DNA from: Actinomycetes bacterium
GTDB lineage: Bacteria > Actinomycetota > Actinomycetes > S36-B12 > UBA5976
DNA: 49,206 nt
Assembly: GCA_037131045.1 (NCBI GenBank)
Contig: JBAXRV010000004.1
Location: 1 to 49,206, forward strand
Direction of reading: 5' to 3'
Each line of letters begins with the position of its first letter. Position 1 is the stretch's first letter. Made by a program: the position numbers and the translations under genes. The notes below the pieces were generated by a model. That model worked only from the letters and a program-made list of their open reading frames with translations. It ran no database searches and had not been told where the DNA came from. Below are positions 1-8,997 of this stretch, one piece after another.

Positions 1-948
1 CCTCCTGGATGTGGCAAGACACTGATTGCAAAGGCTGTAGCAAATTCGCTGGCAAAACAAGTAGCGCAGTCAACCGGTAAAGGTGAGGGCCGTAGCTATT
101 TCATCAATATAAAAGGTCCAGAGCTGCTCAATAAATATGTGGGCGAGACTGAGCGACAGATTCGCGTAATTTTTCAACGGGCCCGTGAAAAGGCAAGTGA
201 AGGTACTCCAGTAATCGTATTCTTCGACGAAATGGACTCACTCTTCCGCACCCGCGGTAGTGGTGTCTCCAGCGACGTAGAAAACACTATTGTTCCGCAA
301 TTGCTTAGTGAAATTGATGGTGTTGAATCCCTTGAGAATGTCATTGTGATTGGAGCGTCTAATCGCGAAGACATGATTGATCCCGCAATTCTGCGCCCGG
401 GACGCCTGGACGTGAAAATAAAGATTGAGCGTCCTGATGCCCAGTCCGCAATTGATATTTTTGGTATTTATCTCAACACGGAACTACCGCTTCATCCATC
501 CGAGGTGGCTGTTGATGGTGGTGACCGAGAGGCAACGATCCAACGCATCATCCGCACGGTTATTGATCGCACCTACGCGATGAGTGCGGAAAATGAATTT
601 ATTGAAGTGACGTACGCAAATGGTGACAAAGAAATTATGTACTTCAAGGATTTCAACTCTGGAGCCATGATTGAAAACATTGTCTCGCGCACTAAGAAGG
701 CAGCGATTAAGCAATTCCTCGATTCAGGGGAGCGCGGTATCACTCTTGAACATGTTATACAGGCCTCGTATGACGAATTCCGCGAGAACGAAGATTTGCC
801 GAACACAACAAATCCCGATGACTGGGCTCGAATTTCCGGCAAGAAGGGTGAACGTATCGTGTTTATGCGCACTCTGATTCATGGCCGTACTGGAATCGAA
901 GCCGGCCGAAGTATCGACACGTCGTCCCTGACGAATCCATTCGCTTAG
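1..948 (+). CDS. arc: Proteasome-associated AAA ATPase ARC/Mpa (5' truncated by window edge)
   Basis: Frame 1 from base 1 reads [11 protein letters not shown] (Walker A). It also has VFFDEMD (Walker B), the SRH motif [19 protein letters not shown] and the ARC-specific [24 protein letters not shown], and it lies directly upstream of dop. Confidence 0.96.
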   Translation, partial: PPGCGKTLIAKAVANSLAKQVAQSTGKGEGRSYFINIKGPELLNKYVGETERQIRVIFQRAREKASEGTPVIVFFDEMDSLFRTRGSGVSSDVENTIVPQLLSEIDGVESLENVIVIGASNREDMIDPAILRPGRLDVKIKIERPDAQSAIDIFGIYLNTELPLHPSEVAVDGGDREATIQRIIRTVIDRTYAMSAENEFIEVTYANGDKEIMYFKDFNSGAMIENIVSRTKKAAIKQFLDSGERGITLEHVIQASYDEFRENEDLPNTTNPDDWARISGKKGERIVFMRTLIHGRTGIEAGRSIDTSSLTNPFA

Positions 949-956
949 GCGCTTAG

Positions 957-2471
957 ATGACTGTCCACAGAATTATGGGCATTGAGACCGAGTACGGAAT
1001 CTCAGCGCCATCGGACCCGCACGCAAATCCAGTTCTCCTATCGTCACAAGTTGTTAATGCATACGGTGTGACGGTTATGCCACATCGTCCACGCCGCATG
1101 CGCTGGGACTACGACGTAGAAACGCCATTGCGTGACGCTCGTGGTTTCGACATGACGCGCGCCGATGCTGATCCTTCGCAGCTCACTGACGATGACTATG
1201 GTTTGGCAAATGTTGTGCTGTTTAATGGGGCACGCTTTTATGTTGATCATGCTCATCCTGAGTATTCATCGCCTGAAGTAACTAACCCAATGGATGCTGC
1301 ACTGTGGGATGCAGCCGGTGATCGCATAATGGAAGAAAGTGCGCGGTTAGCAAGCAAGTTAACGGGACAACTTCTAACCGCCTACAAGAATAATTCGGAT
1401 GGGAAAGGCGTGAGCTACGGGACTCATGAAAATTACCAAGTTGATCGTGCGACGCCTTTTCCGCAGTTGGTTCGTTACCTGACACCATTCTTCGTTACCC
1501 GTTGTGTGTATTCCGGAGCTGGGCGAGTGGGCATTGGACAAGAGAGCAGATTTCCTGGTTTCCAAATTTCACAGCGTGCAGATTTCTTTGAGGCTGAAGT
1601 AGGTCTAGAAACCACACTGCGACGCCCAATTATTAATACCCGCGATGAACCACATGCTGACCCTGAGAGCTTCCGCCGCCTGCATGTGATTGTGGGCGAT
1701 GCAAACATGTCGCAGCGTGCCACCTACTTAAAGATGGGCACAACATCTTTGGTGCTGAGCATGATTGAAGATGGCTTCCTAGATTTTGACCTGCAACTTT
1801 TCGATCCAGTGCAGGCGATGCACCAAGTAAGTCACGACATTAATTTCACAACGGTACTCGGGTTGCGTAATGGAAAGACGATCAAGGCACTTGAGATTCA
1901 ACGGATGTATCTTGACGCCGCACATCGATACGTAGAGTCCCAAGGAATTGATGACGCTATGACTCTAGATGTCGTGGCACAGTGGCAAAGAATTCTAGGA
2001 TCTCTAGAAAGCGACAAGATGTCGTTAGTGAATGAAGTGGATTGGATTACTAAGTATTCAATTATCAATGGTTATCGCCAGCGGGATAATGCGCAATGGA
2101 ACGATGCACGGTTAGCTGCTGTGGACATTCAGTATGCGGATCTACGATCCGATAAAGGTTTAGCCAGAGTCTTACAGGCAAAAGGTCGCATTGCTTCTCT
2201 CTTTACAGAAGAGGAAATTCACCAGGCAGTGCAGATGCCACCGGCCGATACCCGCGCGTACTTTCGAGGAATGTGCATGCGGCACTTTACAAACGAAGTG
2301 GCAGCAGCGTCCTGGGACTCGGTTATTTTTGATTTAGGGCCCGACACAGCATTAAAACGAGTGCAAACTATTGATGCTCGTGGCGGAACTGAAAGCTTGA
2401 CATCGCAACTATTTGGACAAAACCTAGGTGTTGCAGACTTTGTAGCCCGGATCGAATCCTCACAGGTGTAG
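957..2471 (+). CDS. dop: Depupylase/deamidase of Pup
   Basis: Motifs MGIETEYGI, Dop-loop WDYDVETPLRDARGF, NGARFYVDHAHPEYSSPE, NNSDGKGVSYGTHENY and [13 protein letters not shown]; positioned between arc and pup. Confidence 0.96.
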   Translation: MTVHRIMGIETEYGISAPSDPHANPVLLSSQVVNAYGVTVMPHRPRRMRWDYDVETPLRDARGFDMTRADADPSQLTDDDYGLANVVLFNGARFYVDHAHPEYSSPEVTNPMDAALWDAAGDRIMEESARLASKLTGQLLTAYKNNSDGKGVSYGTHENYQVDRATPFPQLVRYLTPFFVTRCVYSGAGRVGIGQESRFPGFQISQRADFFEAEVGLETTLRRPIINTRDEPHADPESFRRLHVIVGDANMSQRATYLKMGTTSLVLSMIEDGFLDFDLQLFDPVQAMHQVSHDINFTTVLGLRNGKTIKALEIQRMYLDAAHRYVESQGIDDAMTLDVVAQWQRILGSLESDKMSLVNEVDWITKYSIINGYRQRDNAQWNDARLAAVDIQYADLRSDKGLARVLQAKGRIASLFTEEEIHQAVQMPPADTRAYFRGMCMRHFTNEVAAASWDSVIFDLGPDTALKRVQTIDARGGTESLTSQLFGQNLGVADFVARIESSQV

Positions 2472-2564
2472 CCAAAGATTTCCTTGTGCGCGTTGAAAGG
2501 CATTTGAAAGCTTTTCCTTGCCATGCCATAGGGTAGAACCACCCGATCACCAGGAAGTCACACC

Positions 2565-2747
2565 ATGTCTGAACGCGAGTCAGTGAGCAAGAGTAAGTCT
2601 CGAGTTGAGCAAGACGAAGTTGTTATTGCGCCAGTTGTGCAGACAAACACCCAGGATGTCACGGACTTGCTCGATGAGATCGACATTGTCCTTGAGCAAA
2701 ATGCTGAAGAGTTCGTCAAGAGCTTTGTACAAAAGGGTGGCGAGTAG
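2565..2747 (+). CDS. pup: Prokaryotic ubiquitin-like protein Pup (C-terminal GGE)
   Basis: 60 aa with C-terminus [27 protein letters not shown]; AGGA RBS upstream. Confidence 0.97.
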   Translation: MSERESVSKSKSRVEQDEVVIAPVVQTNTQDVTDLLDEIDIVLEQNAEEFVKSFVQKGGE

Positions 2748-2757
2748 TCCTCATCCC

Positions 2758-4122
2758 ATGGATCGTCGAATTTTTGGAATTGAAACTGAGTACGGAGTTA
2801 CCTGCAACTTCAATGGTCAACGCCGGCTCACTCCTGATGAAGTAGCTCGATACCTGTTTAGACGAGTAGTTGCGTGGGGACGCAGCAGCAATGTTTTTTT
2901 GACGAATGGCGCTCGTCTCTATTTAGACGTCGGCAGTCATCCCGAATATGCCACAGCGGAATGTGATGACATTCGGGAATTAGTCATTCAAGATAAAGCT
3001 GGTGAACGTACTGTTGAAGGGCTTGTCGCTGATGCCCAACTTCGACTTGCTGAAGAAGAAATTGAAGGCGACATTTACCTGTTTAAGAACAACACCGACT
3101 CAGGCGGAAATTCATACGGCTGTCATGAAAACTATCTGATTCGACGTCGCGCGGACTATTTGGATCAAATCGAGGCGCTGTTGCCGTTCTTGATCACTCG
3201 ACAATTGATCTGCGGCGCCGGCAAAGTGTTAACAACACCTCGAGGCACAATCTATTCAATCTCGCAGCGCGCGGACCATATGTGGGAAGGCGTATCGAGT
3301 GCAACAACTCGTTCCCGACCCATTATCAATACCCGCGATGAACCACATGCTGATGCCGAAAACTTTCGTCGACTACACGTCATTGTGGGGGACTCCAACA
3401 TGTGTGAGATGACCACCATGGTCAAGGTTGCATCTATGGATTTGGTGCTTCGCGCCTTAGAGGATGGCGCTCTCAAGAGGAATATGACGTTAGAAAATCC
3501 GATCAGAGCAATCCGTGATGTATCGCACGACATCACAGGTAAAGCGCAAGTTACTTTGAACTCTGGACAAACGATGACCGCTTTGGAGATGCAGTGGTTT
3601 TATCTAGAGCTGGTTCGCGACTACCTACAAACAAGTGGCAGCGAAGTTTCGCAAACCCACGTGCAGTCGCTGGAACTTTGGGAACGCACGCTGCGTGCAG
3701 TCGAGACCCAGAACTATTCACTCATTGACAAAGACATCGATTGGGCGATCAAGAAGAATCTGATTGAGGCCTACATGGCAAAGAATGGACTCGAACTCGA
3801 TTCGCCGCGAATTGCTCAAGTGGACTTGATGTATCACGATGTCTCTCGACAACGCGGCCTGTTTAACATGCTGCAACGCAACGGCCGGGTGAACAGAATT
3901 ACTACCGACATGGAAATCTTTCAAGCGAAGTCTGTACCCCCTCAAACGACACGAGCCAAGCTGCGTGGCGATTTCATCCGGGCAGCACAAATTGCTGGCA
4001 AGGACATATCCGTCGACTGGGTGCACTTGAAAATGAACGACCAGACGCAACGAACCGTCTTATGCAAGGACCCCTTTGCGGCGGTCGATGAACGGGTAGA
4101 GCGGCTCATCGAAACGATGTAG
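2758..4122 (+). CDS. pafA: Pup--protein ligase
   Basis: ATG at 2758 gives the canonical start [13 protein letters not shown], followed by [37 protein letters not shown] and [14 protein letters not shown]. The ORF-track extension to 2605 overlaps pup and was rejected. Confidence 0.96.
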   Translation: MDRRIFGIETEYGVTCNFNGQRRLTPDEVARYLFRRVVAWGRSSNVFLTNGARLYLDVGSHPEYATAECDDIRELVIQDKAGERTVEGLVADAQLRLAEEEIEGDIYLFKNNTDSGGNSYGCHENYLIRRRADYLDQIEALLPFLITRQLICGAGKVLTTPRGTIYSISQRADHMWEGVSSATTRSRPIINTRDEPHADAENFRRLHVIVGDSNMCEMTTMVKVASMDLVLRALEDGALKRNMTLENPIRAIRDVSHDITGKAQVTLNSGQTMTALEMQWFYLELVRDYLQTSGSEVSQTHVQSLELWERTLRAVETQNYSLIDKDIDWAIKKNLIEAYMAKNGLELDSPRIAQVDLMYHDVSRQRGLFNMLQRNGRVNRITTDMEIFQAKSVPPQTTRAKLRGDFIRAAQIAGKDISVDWVHLKMNDQTQRTVLCKDPFAAVDERVERLIETM

Positions 4123-4200
4123 TCCTGCTTGTTTTTCTCCGCTCGGCCGTGAGGGAAAAGTGATGTGGCAAAACCACGTAGTACATAGTGGAGCAATAGA

Positions 4201-4779
4201 ATGACGGTTATGCGTAAATCCCTAGTTTTCCTGGCCGTTGTACTTCTCGCGAGTGGTTGCACCACTACCAAACGAGATGGCGCCGCCACGTATACCCCTG
4301 TAGCAACAGATTCGATGAGCGCTTCTGCGACTCCGATTCCATCTGATATTGCGCCGACATCGGCGCCATCCGCAGAGGCTGTGGGACCCGCCACTGTTTC
4401 TGGGGCAATGGGAAGTGAACCTGTTGTCACGATTGATACTGCAGCCGCTGCGGTAACGAAGCTTTTGCTTTCCGATATTGAGGTCGGCACTGGCGCAACT
4501 GTGGGGCCGAACTCAACTGTCACTGCGCATTACGCAGGTTATGGTGCGACAAGCGGCAAGCAATTTGATAGCTCGTGGTTGCGTGGCGAGCCCGCCACAT
4601 TTCCGCTCAGCGGCGTGATTTTGGGCTGGCAGCAGGGTCTTCAAGGTATGCAGGTTGGTGGCCGACGGGTGTTAGTGATACCTGCGAAATTGGGATACGG
4701 CGATACGCCACCAGCGGGTAGTGGCATTCAACCAGGTGAGACTCTGGTTTTCGTCGTCGACCTAGTTGACTCAAAATAA
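4201..4779 (+). CDS. FKBP-type peptidyl-prolyl isomerase, lipoprotein
   Basis: Signal peptide with lipobox LASG-C, a Ser/Ala/Pro linker, and an FKBP domain (HYAG..GKQFDSSW..VILGWQQGL..GGRRVLVIPAKLGYG). Confidence 0.9.
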   Translation: MTVMRKSLVFLAVVLLASGCTTTKRDGAATYTPVATDSMSASATPIPSDIAPTSAPSAEAVGPATVSGAMGSEPVVTIDTAAAAVTKLLLSDIEVGTGATVGPNSTVTAHYAGYGATSGKQFDSSWLRGEPATFPLSGVILGWQQGLQGMQVGGRRVLVIPAKLGYGDTPPAGSGIQPGETLVFVVDLVDSK

Positions 4780-4825
4780 TTTCAAGACCCAAGTAATGTA
4801 AGCGAAAACAAAAGGAGTACCACGA

Positions 4826-5188
4826 GTGATGAACCCACCAGAAATTGATTTCCCTGAAGGACCAGCACCGACAGAACTTGTTATTGAAGATGTCATTGTC
4901 GGTGATGGGCTAGAAGCACAGCCTGGTCAAAAAGTGACGGTGCACTATCTCGGAATCGATTTTGCAACGGGAGATCAATTCGATTCATCGTGGGATCGTG
5001 GCGAATCGATTGAGTTCCCATTGCGAGGTTTGATTGCTGGTTGGCAAGAAGGCATCCCGGGTATGAAAGTGGGCGGTCGCCGTAAGCTCACAATTCCACC
5101 AGAGCTGGCATACGGGCCATCAGGAAGCGGACACCGTCTTGCAGGCTGCACTCTCATTTTTATGATTGACCTACTCGACGTTAAATAG
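4826..5188 (+). CDS. Cytoplasmic FKBP-type peptidyl-prolyl isomerase
   Basis: Motifs VTVHYLG, FDSSWDRG and LIAGWQEGIPGMKVGGRRKLTIPPELAYG; AAGGAG RBS. The start may be GTG 4826 or ATG 4829. Confidence 0.92.
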   Translation: MMNPPEIDFPEGPAPTELVIEDVIVGDGLEAQPGQKVTVHYLGIDFATGDQFDSSWDRGESIEFPLRGLIAGWQEGIPGMKVGGRRKLTIPPELAYGPSGSGHRLAGCTLIFMIDLLDVK

Positions 5189-5190
5189 AA

Positions 5191-6141
5191 ATGGCGCACA
5201 CTGACGGAACTCAACGTTTGATGGACCTGATTTTGGTCCTACTCAATGAGTCACGTCCCATTTCACGTGAAGCGTTACGCCGAAAGGTTCCGCTCTACAG
5301 CCAAGATAACGATGTAAATTTTCAACGCATGTTCGAACGGGATAAGAGCGATCTTCGTGAGATGAACATTCCGCTAGAGACCCGCGCTATTTCTTCGGGT
5401 TTTGATGATGAAAAGGGATATTTTCTCGACCGTCGACAATGGTTGCTGCCGGAACTTAATCTGTCGGCCCATGAACGGATGCTCATCACACTGGCCGCGT
5501 CAGTGTGGCAAGACCAAGAATTGCAGGCGCAAGCTCGAACTGCGCTACACAATGTTGGAGGCTCAATTTATGATCAACCGCACGTCAATTCTTACTTAGC
5601 CGGTCAACAGACAAATTTGCTCGATCTCATTGATGCCATTGCAAACTCAAAGCAGGTGTCATTCGAGTACGACAGTTTTAACAGCAAGACCCTCGAACAA
5701 CGCGTTGTGGATCCCTGGAGACTCTTCATGACTGCGGGCGCGTGGTATTTAGTGTGCTTTGACCTCAATAGGGAAAAGGAATTGGTCTTCCGGTTGAGTC
5801 GCATAGTTGGGTCAGTATCAACAACTGGTGAGCCACGTGAGAATCCAGCACCCGAGGATCTTGATGTGAAAGCTATTGTCGCTGGCTGGCAGGATTCCGC
5901 AGTTGAGCCGCAGACTGCAACACTGCGGGTCGCTGTGGGTCGCTGTTCGAATTTGCGCTCGCGTGCAACATCTGTCGTTACAGGAGAAGAAAGTGACGAA
6001 ATCACAATCTCCTTTGGATTTGAACGAGACATGGCACGCGAAATTGCAAGCGTTTGTCAATTTGTGCAGGTAGTAGAACCTGAATCACTGCGCAACTTAG
6101 TGTCGAGCTTGGTTTCACTTGCAGGGCAGGTGAATTCATAG
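5191..6141 (+). CDS. pafB: WYL-domain transcriptional regulator PafB
   Basis: N-terminal HTH with FQRMFERDKSDLRE, WYL motif (GAWYLVCFD...FRLSRI) and a WCX tail; canonical position after pafA/fkb. Confidence 0.9.
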   Translation: MAHTDGTQRLMDLILVLLNESRPISREALRRKVPLYSQDNDVNFQRMFERDKSDLREMNIPLETRAISSGFDDEKGYFLDRRQWLLPELNLSAHERMLITLAASVWQDQELQAQARTALHNVGGSIYDQPHVNSYLAGQQTNLLDLIDAIANSKQVSFEYDSFNSKTLEQRVVDPWRLFMTAGAWYLVCFDLNREKELVFRLSRIVGSVSTTGEPRENPAPEDLDVKAIVAGWQDSAVEPQTATLRVAVGRCSNLRSRATSVVTGEESDEITISFGFERDMAREIASVCQFVQVVEPESLRNLVSSLVSLAGQVNS

Positions 6142-7046
6142 TGGTGCGTGACGTAGAGCTCCTTATTGAGATGTTGCCTTGGTTGAATTCACACCCAGGT
6201 CGATCTGTCGCCGAAGTCGCAAAAGAGTTCAACATTTCACAAAGTCATGTGTACTTGTTGCTTAACTTGCTTCGTGAGACAGGCATCGGGCTGTACTACG
6301 GCGAGCAAATTGAAATCACAATCGAAGACGATTGGATTCAAGTGAATGAGGCGCTCAATCTCGATCGCCCAGTTCGTATGAACTCGCTACAGGCGACGAC
6401 CTTACTAGCAGGGTTAACATTTTTGGAGCAGATGCCAGCGTTAGCCGAATCCAGTGAAGTAAGTGTGCTCATTGAGAAAGTGAGTGAGGCTTTAGCTCCG
6501 CAGCAGGCGGTCGAAGTTGTCACGCCAGAACGAGAACGCGACAACGTCGTTGCTCTGAAAAATGCGATAGCGAACAATGTGTGCGTCGAGATTGAGTACT
6601 CTTCGGGAACGGCGACTGGGGCAAGTCAGCGCATGATTGAACCAAAACTTCTCTCAGCTCGTGACAACCGTACGTATGTGCGCGCCTACTGTCATGAGGC
6701 AAGTGCTTTGCGATCATTTCGTGCGGATCGCATTACGACGCTACGCGTCTTGGATGTGGTTCAGCATGTTGAGGTCGCTCCCGAAGCGTTTGTCGATGAA
6801 TACCAAAATTGGATCCCGGTTGAGGTTCGCCTGTCTCGGGAGTACCTCGGAGATTTTGATCAGAGCACTGTCACAAACATGAAAGACATCGATGGTCTAC
6901 TGCAGATTTCGGCACGTGTAGCGAGTCTGGCGTGGTTGGCGAGCATCACGTTAAGTGCGGGTGGCGGTATTGAGATTGTTGAACCCGCGGATGCCCGAGA
7001 ACTAGTGCAACAGATGGCGTTTCAATGGGCTGCTCAAAACTCGTAG
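6141..7046 (+). CDS. pafC: WYL-domain transcriptional regulator PafC
   Basis: Motifs MLPWLNSHPG..AKEFNIS and RTYVRAYCH..RSFRADRI; 1-nt overlap with pafB; followed by tatA. Confidence 0.88.
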   Translation: MVRDVELLIEMLPWLNSHPGRSVAEVAKEFNISQSHVYLLLNLLRETGIGLYYGEQIEITIEDDWIQVNEALNLDRPVRMNSLQATTLLAGLTFLEQMPALAESSEVSVLIEKVSEALAPQQAVEVVTPERERDNVVALKNAIANNVCVEIEYSSGTATGASQRMIEPKLLSARDNRTYVRAYCHEASALRSFRADRITTLRVLDVVQHVEVAPEAFVDEYQNWIPVEVRLSREYLGDFDQSTVTNMKDIDGLLQISARVASLAWLASITLSAGGGIEIVEPADARELVQQMAFQWAAQNS

Positions 7047-7088
7047 CGTCTGTAATAGTCTAAGAGAAGTCATTTCTAAGGAGTCACT

Positions 7089-7301
7089 ATGCGTGCGCTA
7101 TTCGATTCTCCCGCTGCCATCATTTTGTTGTTACTTGTGATTGTGCTGTTTGGTGCAAAACGCCTGCCAGATGCTGCTCGCAGTGTTGGCCGGTCAATTC
7201 GTATTTTCAAATCGGAATTGGATGCACCCGCGGGAAACAAAGACGCGTCAGCAGCGAAGAGTCAGACTGTCGGCGATGCTGATGGTGGAGAATCCAAATA
7301 A
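7089..7301 (+). CDS. tatA: Twin-arginine translocase subunit TatA
   Basis: TM helix followed by [24 protein letters not shown]; TAAGGAG RBS. Confidence 0.95.
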   Translation: MRALFDSPAAIILLLLVIVLFGAKRLPDAARSVGRSIRIFKSELDAPAGNKDASAAKSQTVGDADGGESK

Positions 7302-7312
7302 CGACTTCGGAT

Positions 7313-8104
7313 GTGAGCCAATCTTCCGCGATGACGTTGCGCGAACATCTCAATGAGCTTCGAAGTCGCATCGTACGTAGTTCATTAGCAATCCTTATCG
7401 CAACGATTTCGGTATGGAATCAGTACCACGTATTCTTTGCAATCATCCGTCGACCGTTCGACGACATTCACGCTAATCATCCAAATGCAGTTTTGGCGTT
7501 GACAGGTGTCACGAGTGGATTTTCACTTCAGCTCAAGGTGTCCGTGGCAGTTGGTCTACTCATCGCTAGTCCGATTTGGATCTATCAAGTCTGGCGATTC
7601 ATTGCACCGGGACTGCATTCCTTCGAAAAAAGATGGGCTTATCTTTTTACCGGAGTAGCAGTGCCACTCTTTCTCGCTGGCGTTGCTCTGGCCTATCATG
7701 TGATGCCAAGAATGTTAGATATTCTGTTTCAATTCACGCCCACCGATGTTACCAACGTGACGAATGTAGACAACTACATCAGCTTTATCTTGCAAATTAC
7801 CCTGTTCTTCGGCATCGGTTTTTTGTTGCCGCTGATTTTGGTGATTCTCAATTTCGCAGGAATTCTGTCAGGGAGTCGGATTCGGGCCTCGTGGCGCTGG
7901 ATCATTCTTGGAAGTTTCGTTTTTGGTGCCATTGCAACGCCCAACGGTGATCCACTGGGCATGACAATAGTTGCGCTACCAATGATTGTGCTCGCGATTA
8001 TTGCAATGTCTGTGGCCTTGGTCAACGACAAACGTCGTATTCGTCGTCAAGAAAAAACTGGAACTAACCAATGGTCAGACTCCGCACCCTCCACAATTGA
8101 GTAA
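7313..8104 (+). CDS. tatC: Twin-arginine translocase subunit TatC
   Basis: Motifs MTLREHLNELRSR, YQVWRFIAPGL and ATPNGDP; six hydrophobic segments. Confidence 0.95.
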   Translation: MSQSSAMTLREHLNELRSRIVRSSLAILIATISVWNQYHVFFAIIRRPFDDIHANHPNAVLALTGVTSGFSLQLKVSVAVGLLIASPIWIYQVWRFIAPGLHSFEKRWAYLFTGVAVPLFLAGVALAYHVMPRMLDILFQFTPTDVTNVTNVDNYISFILQITLFFGIGFLLPLILVILNFAGILSGSRIRASWRWIILGSFVFGAIATPNGDPLGMTIVALPMIVLAIIAMSVALVNDKRRIRRQEKTGTNQWSDSAPSTIE

Positions 8105-8988
8105 TGATGTCGATTGCATTGCTAGTGAAGCCTGCTGCCTGGAACAAACCACGCTATCGAAGAATTCTTGATCAGCTTGTGGCTGACGGAGCGCACGTTG
8201 CAATATCTACAACCAGTGCTGACCTACGCAACGAATTGAAGGACCTTCTCGCAGTTGTCGACGACGAGTTGGTTCTGATCGCATGTGGTGGCGATGGCAC
8301 TGTGCATTTCGCAATCAATGCTTGTGCTGGCTTGCCGGTCAGTCTGTGCATCATCCCAATGGGTACGGGAAATGATTTCGCACGATATTTGGGATTAAAG
8401 TCTCCGGTAGATGGTGTGTCGGCATTGCAGGATGGCGTGCGACAAAGAATTGACATTGGAGTCATCGAACTGTCAGATGGAACCCGCCGGCACTTTGCAG
8501 GTGTTGCTTCATGCGGATTTGATGCCCAGGTAAATGAACGAGCAAACGGATATCGTGGTCCGCAGGGGACCGCCAAGTATGTGGCCGCGATATTTGGAGA
8601 ATTGCGCACTTTACGTGCGCTTCGACTCAAAATGCATTTTGATGACACAACAGTCGAACAACAAGTCACATTGCTTGCTGTTGCAAATACCTCTTCGTAC
8701 GGCGGCGGTATGAAGATTTGTCCGACGGCAAACGCCTACGACGGTGTTTTTGAGATTACCTGTGTCGACGAAGTGTCACGACGCGAATTGGTGCGGGTCT
8801 TACCTCGGGTCTTTAGCGGGTCTCATGTGTCGCATCCACTTGTCACACAATTCACAGCAAGGAATGTCAGTGTGTCGGGTGCACAGTTCCCTGTGTACGC
8901 CGATGGCGAACGTGTTGGCTTAGGCCCCGTAACTATCTCGATTGAGCCTGGCGCGCTCAGCGTTTGTGTCGTGACTTCAAGACCGTAG
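8104..8988 (+). CDS. Diacylglycerol/lipid kinase family protein (YegS/Rv2252-like)
   Basis: Motifs CGGDGTV, IPMGTGNDFAR, GFDA, N..SYGGGMKICP and YADGE. Confidence 0.9.
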   Translation: MMSIALLVKPAAWNKPRYRRILDQLVADGAHVAISTTSADLRNELKDLLAVVDDELVLIACGGDGTVHFAINACAGLPVSLCIIPMGTGNDFARYLGLKSPVDGVSALQDGVRQRIDIGVIELSDGTRRHFAGVASCGFDAQVNERANGYRGPQGTAKYVAAIFGELRTLRALRLKMHFDDTTVEQQVTLLAVANTSSYGGGMKICPTANAYDGVFEITCVDEVSRRELVRVLPRVFSGSHVSHPLVTQFTARNVSVSGAQFPVYADGERVGLGPVTISIEPGALSVCVVTSRP

Positions 8989-8997
8989 TGTTAAGAC

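Noticed and set aside
2605-2757. 51-aa N-terminal extension of pafA overlapping pup in another frame
   Set aside because: The canonical PafA start MDRRIFG begins at ATG 2758. The extension starts at TTG, has no recognisable motif and is an open alternative frame of pup.
5191-7046. Tandem WYL genes next to a helicase and nuclease as a possible anti-phage defence island
   Set aside because: They are pafB/pafC in the conserved actinobacterial pafA-pafBC-tatAC-helY context, a DNA-damage regulator rather than an accessory defence locus.
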